Positions 25,456-39,779 of a DNA stretch of 64,000 nt are shown here, in pieces (position 1 is the first letter of the stretch; the number at the start of each line of letters is the position of its first letter). A program made the position numbers and the translations under genes. Below the pieces are notes generated by a model that saw nothing but the letters and a program-made list of their open reading frames with translations, was not told the DNA's origin and made no database searches. The stretch comes from Sphyrna mokarran (Eukaryota), in the NCBI GenBank assembly GCA_024679065.1, contig JAGIQG010000013.1:56482001-56546000 (forward strand). The letters are read 5' to 3'.

Positions 25456-28055
25456 AAACTTCTCATGATGACTTCAATGAGAGCCAAAGTAAAAATGGTG
25501 ATGATGTTGAGCAACTGGAGACATTGATGTTCAGTTGTTTGGTGTTTGATTGTGTGTGACTGTTGACTGTGAGCTGAAAGTCGACTTTGTGGATGGGGTG
25601 ACAGAGAAACTGAGAGCAAATGGGAAGCACGAGAGGGCAAATATTTTCAAAGCATTGAATAAAGCTCCTATTCACACATAGAACCTGGATCCTCTCCGCA
25701 TATCTCTCAGGCACAAAACACAATGGGCCTTTACTGGACTTTATGGCCTCACTTGTCCCGAAACCATAAAATCCCACCCAATGTCAATGGACCTTCCCAC
25801 TGTCTGTCCCTCATCTGTTCTGATATCCATGGTGGGCAGGATGGTAAAATTCCAATCAATACCTGATGACAAGAATGGGTTGGATTTATACGTGCGAGGT
25901 AAGAAATGAAAGGATTGTTTAATATTAACTTCACAAGGGCATATGCAAAACCCCTGTCAATCTTGGCCTTTAAAAAAATTTAAAAATCAAATAAATTACA
26001 CAGAATGCATCCCTTCTGACTTTGCTCAGAGAGTTCATAGAAAACTTGCAGGGGCTGATTGGGGAAGTCTCCATCAGCTTCAGTGTGTTTGTGAGAATTG
26101 GTACACCCACCACTGAACTGTACAAAGCAGCACTTGCACTTACCTGCCACATGCTGCTAATAAGGTGTTCTCCCACCAATCCTACAATCACTGACAGATA
26201 CAGCGCTGGAGGGTGCCATTGGGAATAATCCTGGTGTTATCAGAAAATAAAGCAGCAACCATAACAAACAGAAGGCTTCATTCCACAATGTTTCTAAAAA
26301 AATAAACCCCACCTGGGTGCATATGTTCTTCTGGATTTAATTTAAACAAGATGAATAGATGTGAGTAAAGAGGTGAGTAAGTCTGGTAGACAACAATCAA
26401 TGGCCATTTCATCTGTTATTCCCATAACTCGCTTTCATCGCCAAAATAAGTAGAAAAAAATTTAAAAATGTTTTTTATTAAACTCTTCAAAGGCCTGTCT
26501 TGAGAAAATTGTGTAGGGCTACATGAAGTTAGTGTGGTGATTGGTTAGACAAAGGAAGTGCAAATTTCAATGTGTCAGCACAGTTAGTATTCATTGTTTA
26601 AAACAAATCTATATATAGTGGTGTCCAGTAACAATGCACTGATGCTATAAATAATTCTGATGTGTTTTATAAAAACATTGCTTTTTTGATGGCATTAATT
26701 TTTTAAATACACAATAAAACTCATTTGAAGGAAAGGTGTAATGCATGGATGCTTCAATGTGCCACACTGAGTATGATTTAGCACTCTGATGATGTGAAAT
26801 AATTTAGCAACATTTTCAAATCTAGGTTTCTTATATGCTGTGAAGACAGGCAAAGAGACCTGTAGTAATCTGAAATGCACGGCTAACACTTATTCTATGA
26901 TCTTCTAGAGGAAAGACTCAAAATCAAGTAATGATTTGATAATCATCATGAAAAATGCATCTCTGCACTTTTTGAGAAACTGTTGATGTCCCCTTAGAAC
27001 ATTTTCTAGTTCACCTACACTTACATGAAGGTGACTCTCCTTTTCTAAACTAACCTCAAGTCCCGTTCTCACTTTAAACCAAACATCAGCCTATTTCCCT
27101 TCTCCTGACATTAGCCTTTGATGATTGTGCATCTGCTTTTTTTCAGACATGTCTTAAGTTCTATTGCAGACTGCCACATGTTTTAAATTTTTTGCAACAT
27201 TGTAAAATATATTTGAGAAAAGATGTGCATGTGTCAAAAATATGCAACCATTTACTAATTTATTATTGCTTCTTTTGGTTCTTTCAGGTCACAACTTTAT
27301 ATAACTTGCGTATTCATGTTGCCAGCTTGGTGATGACTGTCAATAAGAAGGCAATTCTACAGTATAACCAGGGTGAAGTTGCTTATTGGTGGTGTTAATG
27401 TCAAAGATTCTCATTCAAGAGTCTACCTACAGTTCTTGAGGTTGTCAGGTTTTGTGGCTGTAACAGGATCTGAAGAATTATCATTTTATTACACTTTTTT
27501 TTGTATTCGACTTACAATCTTTCTGTTTATAATGAACATAGCTCTTATTACAATATCACAGATTTCCTTTGGGTAGGTGACATTTCAGAGTTTCGGAGGT
27601 CCCTAGAAGTGTATTAATATTTTCAGGCCCATGCTGAAAATCGAAACTCTTGGTTTATAGAGACCTGCTATAAAGGTTCACTCTTAATTAATTATGTAGT
27701 ACAATATGCATGGGTAGAAAAAAATGTCATGTAGTACAAAAGCTACTTAACTGAGACAAATCATAATGGCAGTACATCTGACCTATTCTGGCATTTGTTA
27801 GAGTTGCACATTCCTAAGATCTGTTACACACAGGCTGCAAATTTATATTTTTAATAAATTACAGGAGTATACTTGACAAAACAAATTTCCTTGGGGATAA
27901 CTGGGGTTAAAGACCATGGGATATTCAGGAACAATTCATTAGTATGTTAGGGACAAAAATGCTGTCACACTACTCCTGCCCTACACCAGGAGCAAAAATC
28001 CTGAAGACATTCAGTTTCAGCATGGTTATCCATCCATTCACTGAGATAGATACAA

Positions 28056-29565
28056 ACAGTAAGAAGTCTCACAACACCAGGTTAAAGTCCAACAGGTTTA
28101 TTTGGTAGCACAAGCCACTAGCTTTTGAAGCACTGCCCCTTCATCAGGTTAGTGAGATTTCAGTTCACAAACAGGGCATATAAAGACACAAACTCAATTT
28201 ACAAGATAATGGTTGGAACGCAAGTCTTATCAAGTTTTAAAGGTACAGACACTGTGAGTGGAGAGAGGGTTAAGCACAGGCTAAAGAAATGTGTATTATC
28301 TCCAGCCAGGACCGTTAGTGAGATTTTGCAAGTCTAGGCAAATCGTGGGGGGTTACAGATAGTGTGACATGAATCCAAGATCCCGGTTGAGACCGTCCTC
28401 ATGTGTGTGGAACTTGGCTATCAGTCTCTGCTCAGGACTCTGCGTTGTCTCTGCAACAGACACCTCCAGATGCTGAAAGATGCCCTCATAAGAACAGGAT
28501 ATGGTGCTCAACTCATCAATTGACAGTTCTGATGCACCACAGCAAAAAACCAAACCGACCTCCTCAGAAGACAAACACAGGACACGGTGAAGTAACCTTC
28601 ATTGGCCAGAACTTTCCCAGAGTGGAGAAGCTATGACATCTTCTTCAGACTTTCAACATTTCATTGATGAAGACGATCATCTCGCCCAAGGCCATCCCCA
28701 CACCCCCACTTCTTCCCTTCAAACAACCATACAACCTCAAACAGATTATTGTCCGCAGCAAACTACCCAGCCTTCAGGAGAACAGTGACTACAATACCAC
28801 ACAACCCTGCCACAGCAACCTCGGCAAACGTGCTGGATCATTGACACAGATGCCATTATCTCATGTGAGAACACCATCCATCAGATACACAGTACATACA
28901 CTTGCAAATCGTACAATGCTGTCTACCTGATACACTGCAGGAAAGGATGTCACAAGGCATGGTACATTGGGGAGACTATTCAAACGCTATGTCAATGGAT
29001 GAATGAACACCACTTGATAATCACCAGGTAAGAGTGTTCTCCTCCTGTTGGGGAATACTTCAGCAGTCACGGGCATTCGGCCTCTGATCTTCAGATAAGT
29101 GTTCTCCAAGGCAGGCTTCATGACACACGACTGCGTAGAGTCACTGAGCAAGACTGATAGCCAAGTTCCATACACGAGGATGGCTTCAACCGGCATTTTG
29201 GGTTCAATTCACACTATCTGTAACCCCCATGACTTGCCTGGGCTTGCAAAATCTCACTAACTGTCCTGACTGGAGACAATACACATTTCTTTAACCTGTG
29301 CTTAACCCTCTCTCCACTCACATTGTCCATACCTTTAAGACTTGATTACCTGTAAAGACTTGCATTCCAACCATTATTTTGTAAATTGAGTTTGTGTCTT
29401 TATATGCTCTGTTTGTGAACTGAAATTCCACTCATCTGATGGAGGGGCAGTGCTCCAAATGTTAGTGGCTTGTGCTACCAAATAAACCTGTTGGACTTTA
29501 ACCTGGTGTTGTGAGACTTCTTATTGTATTACCCCCAGTCCAACACACGTCCTATTATGGCTGCC
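28056..29565. mobile_element. Penelope-like retroelement: truncated, inverted terminal copy, GIY-YIG remnant, 10-bp TSD
   Basis: 28056-~28446 is the reverse complement of ~29130-29527. Decayed CKSYNAVYLIHCRKGCHKAWYIGET (GIY-YIG) at ~28900-28980. ATAGATACAA duplicated at 28046-28055 and 29566-29575. Confidence 0.9.
28118..28154 (-). ncRNA. Degenerate minimal type-I hammerhead ribozyme in Penelope terminus
   Basis: Minus strand cactaacCTGATGAaggggcagtgcttc(a)AAAgcTAgtg; the G of GAAA is lost, consistent with CpG decay. Second copy on plus at ~29428-29467 (CTGATGG..ctccAAAt). Confidence 0.7.
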
Positions 29566-31520
29566 ATAGATACAACACCAGATAAGGAATCGTAATAGCT
29601 GCATCAGGGGTGGATTTTTATCTCATCATTTTAAAATTATCCAGAAAGCCAAAAGACAGCCTCCGGAGTTGAGAAGACCCACAATTTATTTTTGATACCA
29701 TAAACACCCTGCAAGTATAAGAAGTCTTTCAAAGAGCTTCCTGTACGATATTTTTAAACGGAACATCACAAGGTAGTGGTTTGAAGGAAGAGTGTTGATG
29801 TTGCCAATGAGAGCAACAAATTATTTATATAACCAAACATATTCATGAAACTTTGGATCTAATTGGATTGAAAGGAATTATACAAAGCTGATTTTTGTTT
29901 CAGCAAATTTACCTGGGGGACAAAAAGATTACAATTGGCGAATTAGGCAGAGAAACAAATAGTTTTAAGCACTATCTCGTTGCACAAAGGACACCAAAAA
30001 AACACATGGAAATGAAGCAGATTTTTTTGTCAGAAATCCAATTTCAGCCCATTGTTTTTCCAAAGCAAGTGTCAAAGGTTAACAATCATTCCATAGAAAA
30101 CATGGAATTTTTAAGGAAACATACTATAGGTTGCTACCCAGCATTAGATACAAACTTAGCAAATACATCATTTTTTTTATAGAGAGAAAGAGCTGCAAAG
30201 GGCAAACAGGAAAAAATACTTTCAACACTTCAACTCAGTCTACCCCATTGGGTGCAAGAGTAAAAGAGGCATTGTCTTATTCAGAGTCATAAATCGGTCA
30301 AAGGTATATATATGAATAGTTTTGAGGACTTCAGTTTTAATAGTCACAAGAACCTTGCTGCTGCCTCTGCATTTATTCTCCTAGGCTATCTATGTTGTTT
30401 TTTTTCCCAGATATATATTTGATTAGAGTAATCTAGAAGTGCACAAGTTAGTGGCAGTGCCTCGTCCAGACTTGAATTCCTTATATATGACATCAAAGAG
30501 ATACCATTTGATTGTCCATTACTATATAATATATCAATAGTCGAACTGCACAAGCATTGCTCATGTTTAAACTGGATCTCAGGTATCCAGAGTTGTGGAA
30601 GGAAACCATAAAAATGCAAGTCATTATCATTATTTCTTTTCCTCTTTTTAAAAAAATATATTTCTCAACATTCTGTGCGCTGCTGCTTGTATTTAAAACT
30701 GAACTGCAGTTAACTGTTTGTTGTTAGACCAAGGTTACAGGATCATGCATTAGTCAATGGAAAATATTTGACCCATTTGGTAACCGAGATCAATTGCTTC
30801 ATTTTTTTCTGTACTCCCAAAAAGGACTGGTACAGATTTACATTACCAGGCCCTGATTTTGACAGGGGTGAACAAACTACACAGTTGCCTCTGTAGCTTC
30901 AGGCAGGAAAGTTCCCTAAGAGACAGTTCCGTAATGGAATCAGAATTCCTGTTACACTCATGCACAAGCACACACATACATCCACATGCACGCATTCATA
31001 TTCACATCTATCTGTGTACTAAAAGAGACCTGCTACAACACAAGGCAGAGTATCCACATGGAAGGCTAAATGTCTGGTTTATTCGAGGAAATTGGAAATA
31101 TCATTGTGTCTTTGTCACATGTCATAAGCAAATCTAGATGGCCAACTTCTTTTCCTCACTAGACTGGGCGTTAAAGTCACAAGTTGGATGACAGGTTTGG
31201 TGAAGGATATAAAACACCATTTATTGTTTCAGAAAAGCAACAAATAAACAATTTGCATGTACATACAAAGACAAAAAATAATCATCTGGGACAAATAAAC
31301 TCTTAATATACGCTTCCTCCACATGGCAAAGGAAAATTGAATTTCTAGTTCTTAAATTATTTTACTGCCAAGTACAAATGAGACATAATTTTGAGTCCAC
31401 ACCTGCTCACAGTATTGTAACACATTGTGGTGATAATAATATAATGTGTATGGGATCTGTTTGTCTGTCAGATTGATCAGACTGATAGAAGAAGCGGTAT
31501 CACCAGGAAATAAAGATCTT

Positions 31521-33943
31521 GATTGGAATAGCTATAGCTCTAGCTCGTTAGAGGGGTCAGTTTTCGTACAGAGTGTGCAGGAAGGTTTTTTGACTCAGTA
31601 TGTAGAGAGGCCAACTAGAGGTGAGGCTACATTGGATTTGGTGCTGGGCAATGAGACAGACCAGGTGTTAGGCTTGGAAGTTAGTGAACATTTTGGTGAT
31701 AGTGACCACAATTCGGTTACGTTCACCTTAGTGATGGATAAGGATAGGCATGAAGCTGGGGGCAGTAGTTATAGCTGGGGGAAGAGTAATTATGAGGCCA
31801 TAAGGAGAGAATTAGGGTGCATAGTTTGGACTAGGAAACTACAGGGACTGGGAACATCTGAAATGTGGAGCTTATTCAAGGAGCAGCTACTGCGAGTCCT
31901 TGATAAGTATGTTCCTGTCAGGCAAGGAGGAAATGGTCGAGTAAGGGAACCATGGTGTACTAAAAAAGTTAATTCGCTGGTTAAAAGGAAAAAGGAGGCT
32001 TATGTCAGGATGAGGCTTGAGGGCTCAGTTAGTGCAATGGATAGCTATAGATTAGCCAGGAGGGAGCTAAAGAGTGAGTTGAGGAGAGCTAAGAGGAGAC
32101 ACGAGAAGACTTTGGCTGATAGGATTAAGGAGAATCCTAAAGCTTTCTTTAGATATGTTAAGAATAGAAGATTGGTTAGGGCAAGATTAGGGCCAGTCAT
32201 AGACAGCAGTGGGAAGTTGTGCGTGGAGACTGAAGAGATTGGTGAGGCACTGAATAAATATTTCTCTTCGGTATTCACGCAGAGTGCTGGAAATGTAGCT
32301 ATGGCGAACACTGAGGTACAGGGTTGCAAATTGGGAAGTATTGTAGTAGATAGGGAGGATGTGTTAGAAATTCTCGAGGGTTTGAAGTTGGATAAGTCCC
32401 CTGGGCCGGACGGGATTTACCCTAGGATTCTCGGGGAGGCAAGAGAGGAGATTGCAGAGCCTCTGGCTCTGATCTTCAGGTCCTCGTTGGTTACGGGTGT
32501 GGTTACGGAGGACTGGAGGATGGCGAATGTGGTCCCATTGTTTAAGAAGGGGAAGAGAGACCTTCCTGGGAATTATAGGCCAGTGAGTCTTACTTCTGTG
32601 GTGGGCAAGGTATTGGAGAGAATTATTAGGGATATGATTTATAGTTATTTAGAGAGAAATGAATTGATTGGGGATAGTCAGCATGGTTTCATGAAGGGTA
32701 GGTCATGCCTTACTAACCTCATTGAGTTTTTTGAGAAAGTGACCAGAGAGGTGGATGGGGTAAGGCGGTTGATGTAGTATATATGGACTTTAGTAAGGCG
32801 TTTGATAAGGTGGCCCATGGAAGACTTCTGCAGAAAACGCAGATGTATGGGATAGAGGGTGATTTAGCTAATTGGGTTAGGAATTGGCTAGCAGATAGAG
32901 ACAGAGGGTGGTGGTTGATGGGAGATATTCATCTTGGAGTTCGGTGACAAGTGGTGTACCTCAGGGGTCTGTTTTGGGGCCCCTGCTGGTTGTAATTTTT
33001 ATAAATGATCTGGATGAGGGTATTGAAGGATGGATTAGTAAATTTGCAGATGACACTAAAGTCGGTGGGGTGGTAGATAGTGAAGAGGGGTGTTATAGTT
33101 TGCAGAGAGACTTGGACAAGTTGCAGAGCTGGGCTGAGAGGTGGCAAATGGAGTTTAATGTGGAAAAGTGTGAGGTAATGCACTTTGGCAGGAACAATAA
33201 ATGTGTAGAGTATAGGGCTAATGGTAGGGCTCTTAATAGTGTCGAGGAACAGAAGGATCTTGGTGTATGTGTCAATAGATCCCTGAAAGTAGGCAGTCAA
33301 GTGGATAAAGTTGTTAAGAAGGCATATGGAGTCTTAGCTTTTATTGGTAGGGGGATTGAATTTAGGAGCCGCCGCATCATGTTGCAACTGTACAAAACTC
33401 TAGTGCGGCCGCACTTGGAGTATTGTGTGCAGTTCTGGTCCCACATTATAAGAAAGATGTGGAGGCATTGGAGAGGGTACAGAGGAGGTTTACCAGGATG
33501 TTGCCTGGTATGGAGGGCAGGTCCTATGAAGAGAGGTCGAAGGATTTGAGGTTGTTTTCGTTAGAAAGGAGGCGGCTAAGAGGGGATCTTATTGAAGCAT
33601 ATAAGATGATTAGAGGTTTAGATAGGGTGGACAGTGATAGCCTTTTTCCTAGGATGGAGAAAGCTAGCACGAGGGGACACAGCTTTAAATTAAGGGGTAT
33701 GAGTTATAGGACGGATATCAGAGGTAGGTGCTTTACTCAAAGAGTGATTAGGGAGTGGAATGCCCTGCCTGCAGCTGTGTAGATGCGCCAAGTTTGGTGG
33801 CGTTTAAGAGGTTAATTGATAAGTATATGGAAGAGAAGGGAATGGTTTAGTTTGGAGGGGCATTGCTTTTTATTTTGGTCGGCACAACATCGAAGGCCGA
33901 AGGGCCTGTTCTGTGCTGTAATGTTCTATGTTCTATGTTCTAT
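31521..33943 (+). mobile_element. Young 5'-truncated CR1/HER1 LINE (end of APE domain, RT, tail)
   Basis: LDLVLGNE, GDSDHN, KSPGPDG, NYRPVSLTS, FADD across ORFs broken only by 1-bp deletions; (TTCTATG)n tail; possible ATCTT TSD (31516-31520, 33942-33946). Confidence 0.97.
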
Positions 33944-36544
33944 CTTCACTGAGTCTTCAGTATTTTTTTGAGAAGGGAGACATTACATTTTGAACCTTAC
34001 ATGATATATACTGCTGTCTCTGTTTTTCAAGTGCCACAGATAATACTGACAGAGAATTTGCTAGTAAAATAACTACAGTTTGATATGCATTCTGTTGTTG
34101 GCGTGCACATCATTGAGCAATTTGTGATCAGTAGGAGATACCCTATCAACTGTGAATTTCTATGTGACAGTAGTTCCCATGCCAGACCATTACCATCATG
34201 ACAATAGAAGCTCACCATCAACACTATCTCGAGTTTCAAGACATGCTTGTATTTGCAGTGCCAATATGAATTAAACTCATAGCTGAAAATTATGGTTAGT
34301 ATTTTACTGCTTACAGACTTTTAAAATGACAAATCGTGTGTTCTTGCCATCCCAAACTCTCTGCTCTAGTAACAACTCAATTATGAAATCTCATCCCTGC
34401 AGGTAATAAATTGTTCCTGTAAGTTTTTTTAAAAATTTTATTAGTTTTTCTTTTACTTTCTGTGCCATTTTTTTATTTATCTCACTTAATTCAAATTTTC
34501 TTTCTCTCTCTTCACTTCCTTTCTATATGCAATCGGACTCAAATTCACACTGTGTTTCTCTGGCTTTAATTTTTGTCGATTAAGGTGCTGGTTTCATTCT
34601 TCACCGGATCCCAGGTGTCCTAAAGAGCTCCCCAAACCATTTAAAAGTCACGCCTTCAGCAATTTTCAGTGCAAAATTGTTTTCAAACTGAAGGGAAAGG
34701 GAAAAACTAAAGTCACAAAGCACACCAGGAAAGATAAGCTTCTGATGTCATTGAATGGCATGATATTCGCTTCACTTAGCCAGGAAGAGCTAAATTTTCA
34801 GCTTGGAGTAACATTTTCATTCCTGGGTGTGTGGGGTGGGGAGAGGGGTGCTGTTGGTGAGGGTGTTGGGGTAGGTGCTAACTGGACTCGGAAACAGCAA
34901 GGAAACAGAAAAATGTGAATTGCCAAATGCTGAGGCAAGCTGGTTAAAAGCCCAACTAGCCCGAGTTGTAATAAGAAGGGAAACACAAAAAAAAGCCTGC
35001 CGGCCCTCTCCCTTCACACACTTCCTATGCCCCATCCCTGCCAAACTATACCTCTTCACTCACCACCAATGCCTCTCAATGCTCATGCCAACCAATGCTC
35101 CACACTCCTAATGACCTTTCTTACCCTCCATTACAACTTATGGAACTTCCATGCTTATTTACACAGTATACATTCTGTCCAGAACCAATGAGCTCTTTAT
35201 GGTAGCAATGGCAGGTATGGAAGACTTTTAAAAAAATTCATTCATAACTTTCTTTACAAAACTAATTTTATTGTCATGTCAATCACCCTGAAAGTATCAA
35301 CAGCAGTAATTACAAACACTTGACAGTGCCCTATTTAGTGTAAATAAACAATTGAGAAAATAGATCTAAGAGAAAGATTTTTCAGTCAAGCATGCTTCCC
35401 CTTGAGCACAGTGGTTTCAACAGAATCATGGATGTCTGGACTCTTAGCCAAGCTGCGTAAACATTCTTCACTTGAAATTGCATGTGTATGCATGCAGCAA
35501 CTCACACACTTGATTGCTTTTGTAAGCTACTAAACATGCTCAACCATGCAAAAAAAATTAAAGCAGCCACGTATTTAACCAAATTGTGCACCAACCTCCT
35601 TCTCTCCCCAAAGAGAAAATAAGGGCATGTTTACCTCACAGGTAAAGAATTTATTAAAGTTATAAAGTAGCATTTGATCAGTTGCACTTACAGCAAAGGA
35701 TGACCAATTTAGAGATTGCCCTTCCAATCAGGATTATCCACTATCCCTTCCTCAAAATAATTATGCTGGATGGAAGTGAGACATAGTATGGAGCAACCTG
35801 ATTGTGAGATTTCTGCGTAAGTGTTTGAGCTCTGATACCTTGAACGATGACTCTACTTATCCCACTTCTAGTGCAATGATAATATATGCTGCTAGTTCAA
35901 GGATCAGGAAACGGACAATTCAGAGCAAGCAGGCACTGAGCTACAAATATGGGAATGGAATGTTCTTTTGCTAATGTTTCTGATTTGTTTGTTATCCTAT
36001 GTGCCTGATTAAAGAATCCACAATGCCATGATCCTTGTGACTCCTGGATTGAATTATAACTTTGAACTCTCAGCCCACCAACCATGTACTCTAAATTGAA
36101 TTCAAGAAAATACTGTCCATTATTAAGAGATCCATCAGGTTCTACAGTCAAAACAATCTGGATTCACCATACAGCTCCACCCTGACGTAGTGGAACTAAA
36201 TGGTTGATGAGAATAAATGACACTTGTCAGTGAATTATGATAAAAGATTACACTGATAACTTCTTTGTAGTGATCATCTGTTAATTGGATAATACAGTGC
36301 AGAATTGGAGCACTTATCCAAGCATGTGTGTGCCAGATTTGAAAGAGTTGTTTGTTCTAATTCTCAGATGTTGTACGACCTGCCACCACTGCCAGCGAGA
36401 ACAGAGAATTTGGTGCTCAGATAATCTTCAATCACAGCAGCGGGACTGGAGAATCCCAACCCAGGGCAAGGTCAGAGAATCCTAGCCATTAAATAGGGTT
36501 CCCAGATTTATCCCTTTCTGAATCTGCACAAAATGCTCTGTTGG

Positions 36545-37550
36545 AGAATCAGTGAGAATGATGGCATAGTGGACAGTGAAGAAGATTATCTAGGATTGCA
36601 ATGGGATCTTGATCAATTGGGCCAGTGGGCTGACGAATGGCAGATGGAGTTTAATTTAGATAAATGCGAGGTGATGCATTTTGCTAGATTGAACCAAGGT
36701 AGGACTTACTCAGTTAATGGTAGGGCGATGGGGAGAGTTACAGAGATCTAGAGGTACAGATTCACAGCACATTGACAGTGGAGTCCCAGGTAGACAAAGT
36801 GGTGACGAAAGCATTCGGCATGCTAGGTTTCATTGGTTGGAACACTGAATATAGGAGTTGGGATGTATTGTTGACATTGTGCAAAACATTGTACATTTGG
36901 AATACTGTTTACAGCTCTGGTCACCCTATTATTGAAAGGATATTATTAAACTAGAAAGAGATTTATGAGGATGCTACTGGGACTTGATGGTTTGCATTAT
37001 AAGGAGAGGCTGGATACACTGGGACTTTTTTCCCTGGGTGTAGGAGGCTGAGGGGTGATCTTATGGTGATCTATACAATAATGAGGGGCATAGATCAGCT
37101 AGATAGTCAATATCTTTTTCCAAAGGTAGGGGAGTCTGAAACTGGAGGGCATAAGTTTAAGGTGAGAGGGGAGAGAGTGTCCAGAAGGGCAATTTTTTCA
37201 CACATTTTTTCACCACTGGCCTAATTGATTCTGCACTGTATTATCCAATTAATAGATGATCACTACAAAGAAGTTTGAGATGTCACGGTAGAGATGTCTG
37301 GAACAAGCTGCCAGTGGTGGTAGTAGAGGCAGGTACAATTTTGTCTTTTAAAAAATGGCTAGATAATTACATGGTTAAGGTGGATATAGAGGAATACGGA
37401 CAAATGCAGTCAATTGGGATGAGCTTAGGGGGTTTAAAAAAAGGGTGATATGGACAAGTTGGGCCAAAGAACAGATTTCCATGCTGTAAACATCTATGAC
37501 TCAGATTCGATGGGCCAAATGGCCTCCTTCTATACTGTAGCAATTCTATC
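36545..37550 (+). mobile_element. Degenerate CR1/HER1 3' fragment
   Basis: LQWDLDQLGQWADEWQMEFNLDKCEVMHF and following motifs. Confidence 0.88.
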
Positions 37551-38259
37551 AATACATACTTTTCAAAATTATGATTGAATCTGCTTCCACCATCCTTTTG
37601 GCCAGTGAATTCTAATTTAACACTAACCCAACACCGTCAATAGACAAAGCTCAGATTTGTCAGTTAGTTGCTCAGTTTGGCTGCAAACATTCTTTCAAGC
37701 CTTGGCTGCTGTTAATGTGCATCAGTTAAAAAATGTTCAAACCTCATCAGATTTACATCTCAAAAAGCTGTCTGAGCCAATGAAACAGTACATGTAAGCA
37801 GCATTCAAACAGAAAATGCTGCAAGTACTCAGCAAAAAACAGAGGTATCGAGTGGGATTTTGGCCCACTCAAAACCCATTGCCTTGGACAGCATTAAAAC
37901 TGGGCCCAATGTTTCAGGTCAATGAACCTTGTGTCAGATTCTGGCATTGACTCAGGGGCAGTGCTGCTCTCATAAGTAACCCAAATGCCCCACGTTTTGG
38001 AGTGAAGAGTGTGTCCAATATTTCATTTTACAACAAGCTAACCTGAGATTTGTCACTGTCGGCTTGTGGTCTGAACCAGGTGCTATTTATTTGGTATGTG
38101 TTCTCACACGAATAAAACACATAGAGAAGTATTAGTGAAATAAGACCAGGTATGAATTGTTCCATGGAATGAGTGATTATCAAGAGAAGAGTTGGAGCAA
38201 GTTCTAACTATCTGCTCAATCTTTCTTTCTCTCCTAAAATGTAGGGAAAAATGAATAAG

Positions 38260-38457
38260 ACTGGAATTCTCTGACCGTTCATACCAGCAGGATTCTCCGG
38301 CAGCATGCCCTACTCTTGGATTTCCCGCTGGCGTTGGGTGGCGTCAAAGGAAACTTCCACTGACAGCGGTGGGACCAGAGAATCCCACCACGAGCAAACA
38401 CAGCACCACCTCCCAGCAGTGGGAAACACACGGCTGGAAGGCTGGAGGATATCGGGT
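38260..38457. mobile_element. MITE-like repeat
   Basis: gactggaattctc .. ggaggatatcgggtc imperfect inverted ends, internal self-complementarity, similar to 52467-52603. Confidence 0.5.
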
Positions 38458-39779
38458 CAAACCACTATTAGTTAGAAACCTGAGGGAGGTGGAGCAATCA
38501 TATCTTTTCTGTCAAGCCACCCTTCCAGAGAGATAGATTGTGGACAAGAAGAAGTGTTCAAATGTTATTTTAGCTTTTTTTATAGACCAGGTAAGTGTGC
38601 TTCTCTGGGCCTCATGAGGAATTGTTGGGTCTTTCTCAATCCCCAGTATCCAATCGAATCCAGAGTTCTCCCTACCTTCCCTTCGCCATCCTCACGCACC
38701 AACCCCCCCCCACCCCACCACCAATCCCTCGCCCGCCCCCTCCTAGTGCCCTATTGACTGCTGGGTTTGTTCTCATATTTCCCCAGCTGTGGTCTTCTAC
38801 TATTGTTCCCTGGCAGGTTTGAACAGGAGTCAGAGAAAATTTATGGCCTGGCTTCTATCCTCCTGATTCCTTGGATCCGCACCAATCCCAAGCTATTGGT
38901 TCAACATCAGGGGCCATTAGGTTAAACCTTTGGTTACATTTTTCATAGTTTGCCAAAGCTATAATATTTGTCAAAGCTTCCCTAAGTTTATCCAATATAG
39001 ATTCAAAGGTTCCTCATGTTGATTTAAGATCATTAAATATTTAATGTTGGAAATAATTGCTTAAATTTGTAAAAGGAGTTGAATATTGTAAACAAAACAA
39101 TTGTAATTAAAGTATATTTTCCATCGTCTAATTAAGATTTATTGGATTTCCTGTCAGAAGTTGTTCAAATGTCAGAGTTTAAGGATGTAAGATTTAAGGT
39201 TGATACCAGCAAAGCACTGTTTTTTGCTTTCCATTCACTCCAGTAATATGGACATGATTTTTAATTTCAAACCAAGTACCAGTGATTCTGAGACTAGGAA
39301 CTAAATTTCCAATCAGGGTTTGAACTATCACCCTGTGAAATTCAGGGGAAAGAAGATCCATGTGGTTAAAAAAGTTGTCTGTCAGTTTGTTTTGACCCTG
39401 TTTCACACTGCCAATTTCACTCCCAAGATCTTAGTTGTTAAAATTTCTAGTTAATGGTTATTAACCCACTGCGTTGGGCCCACTTTTGGGCAGAGTCAGG
39501 CAATTAGCGTGATCCGCGCCTGCATTTGCACAGATGCTCACTTTACCGAGGCCCAAAAATGATCTCCATCCAAACCACGCCTGAAACAGGAGCGACATCA
39601 ATTTAAATGTATTTGCATGCATTTAAATTGACTTACTGAGCTGGACGTCCAAACTTACCAACATTTCCCCCTTTACCATCACATTCACCCATTCACATTC
39701 TGCGTGAAACAGACACGCTGGGCAAAGATTTGTTTCAGGCACTTCTGAAGAGGTAAGTTCAGAGTTTCCAGTGACTCTC

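Noticed and set aside
31446-31520. N-terminal extension of the 443-aa ORF (MYGICLSV..)
   Set aside because: Flanking DNA read in frame into a 5'-truncated CR1; GTG start, not a fusion gene.
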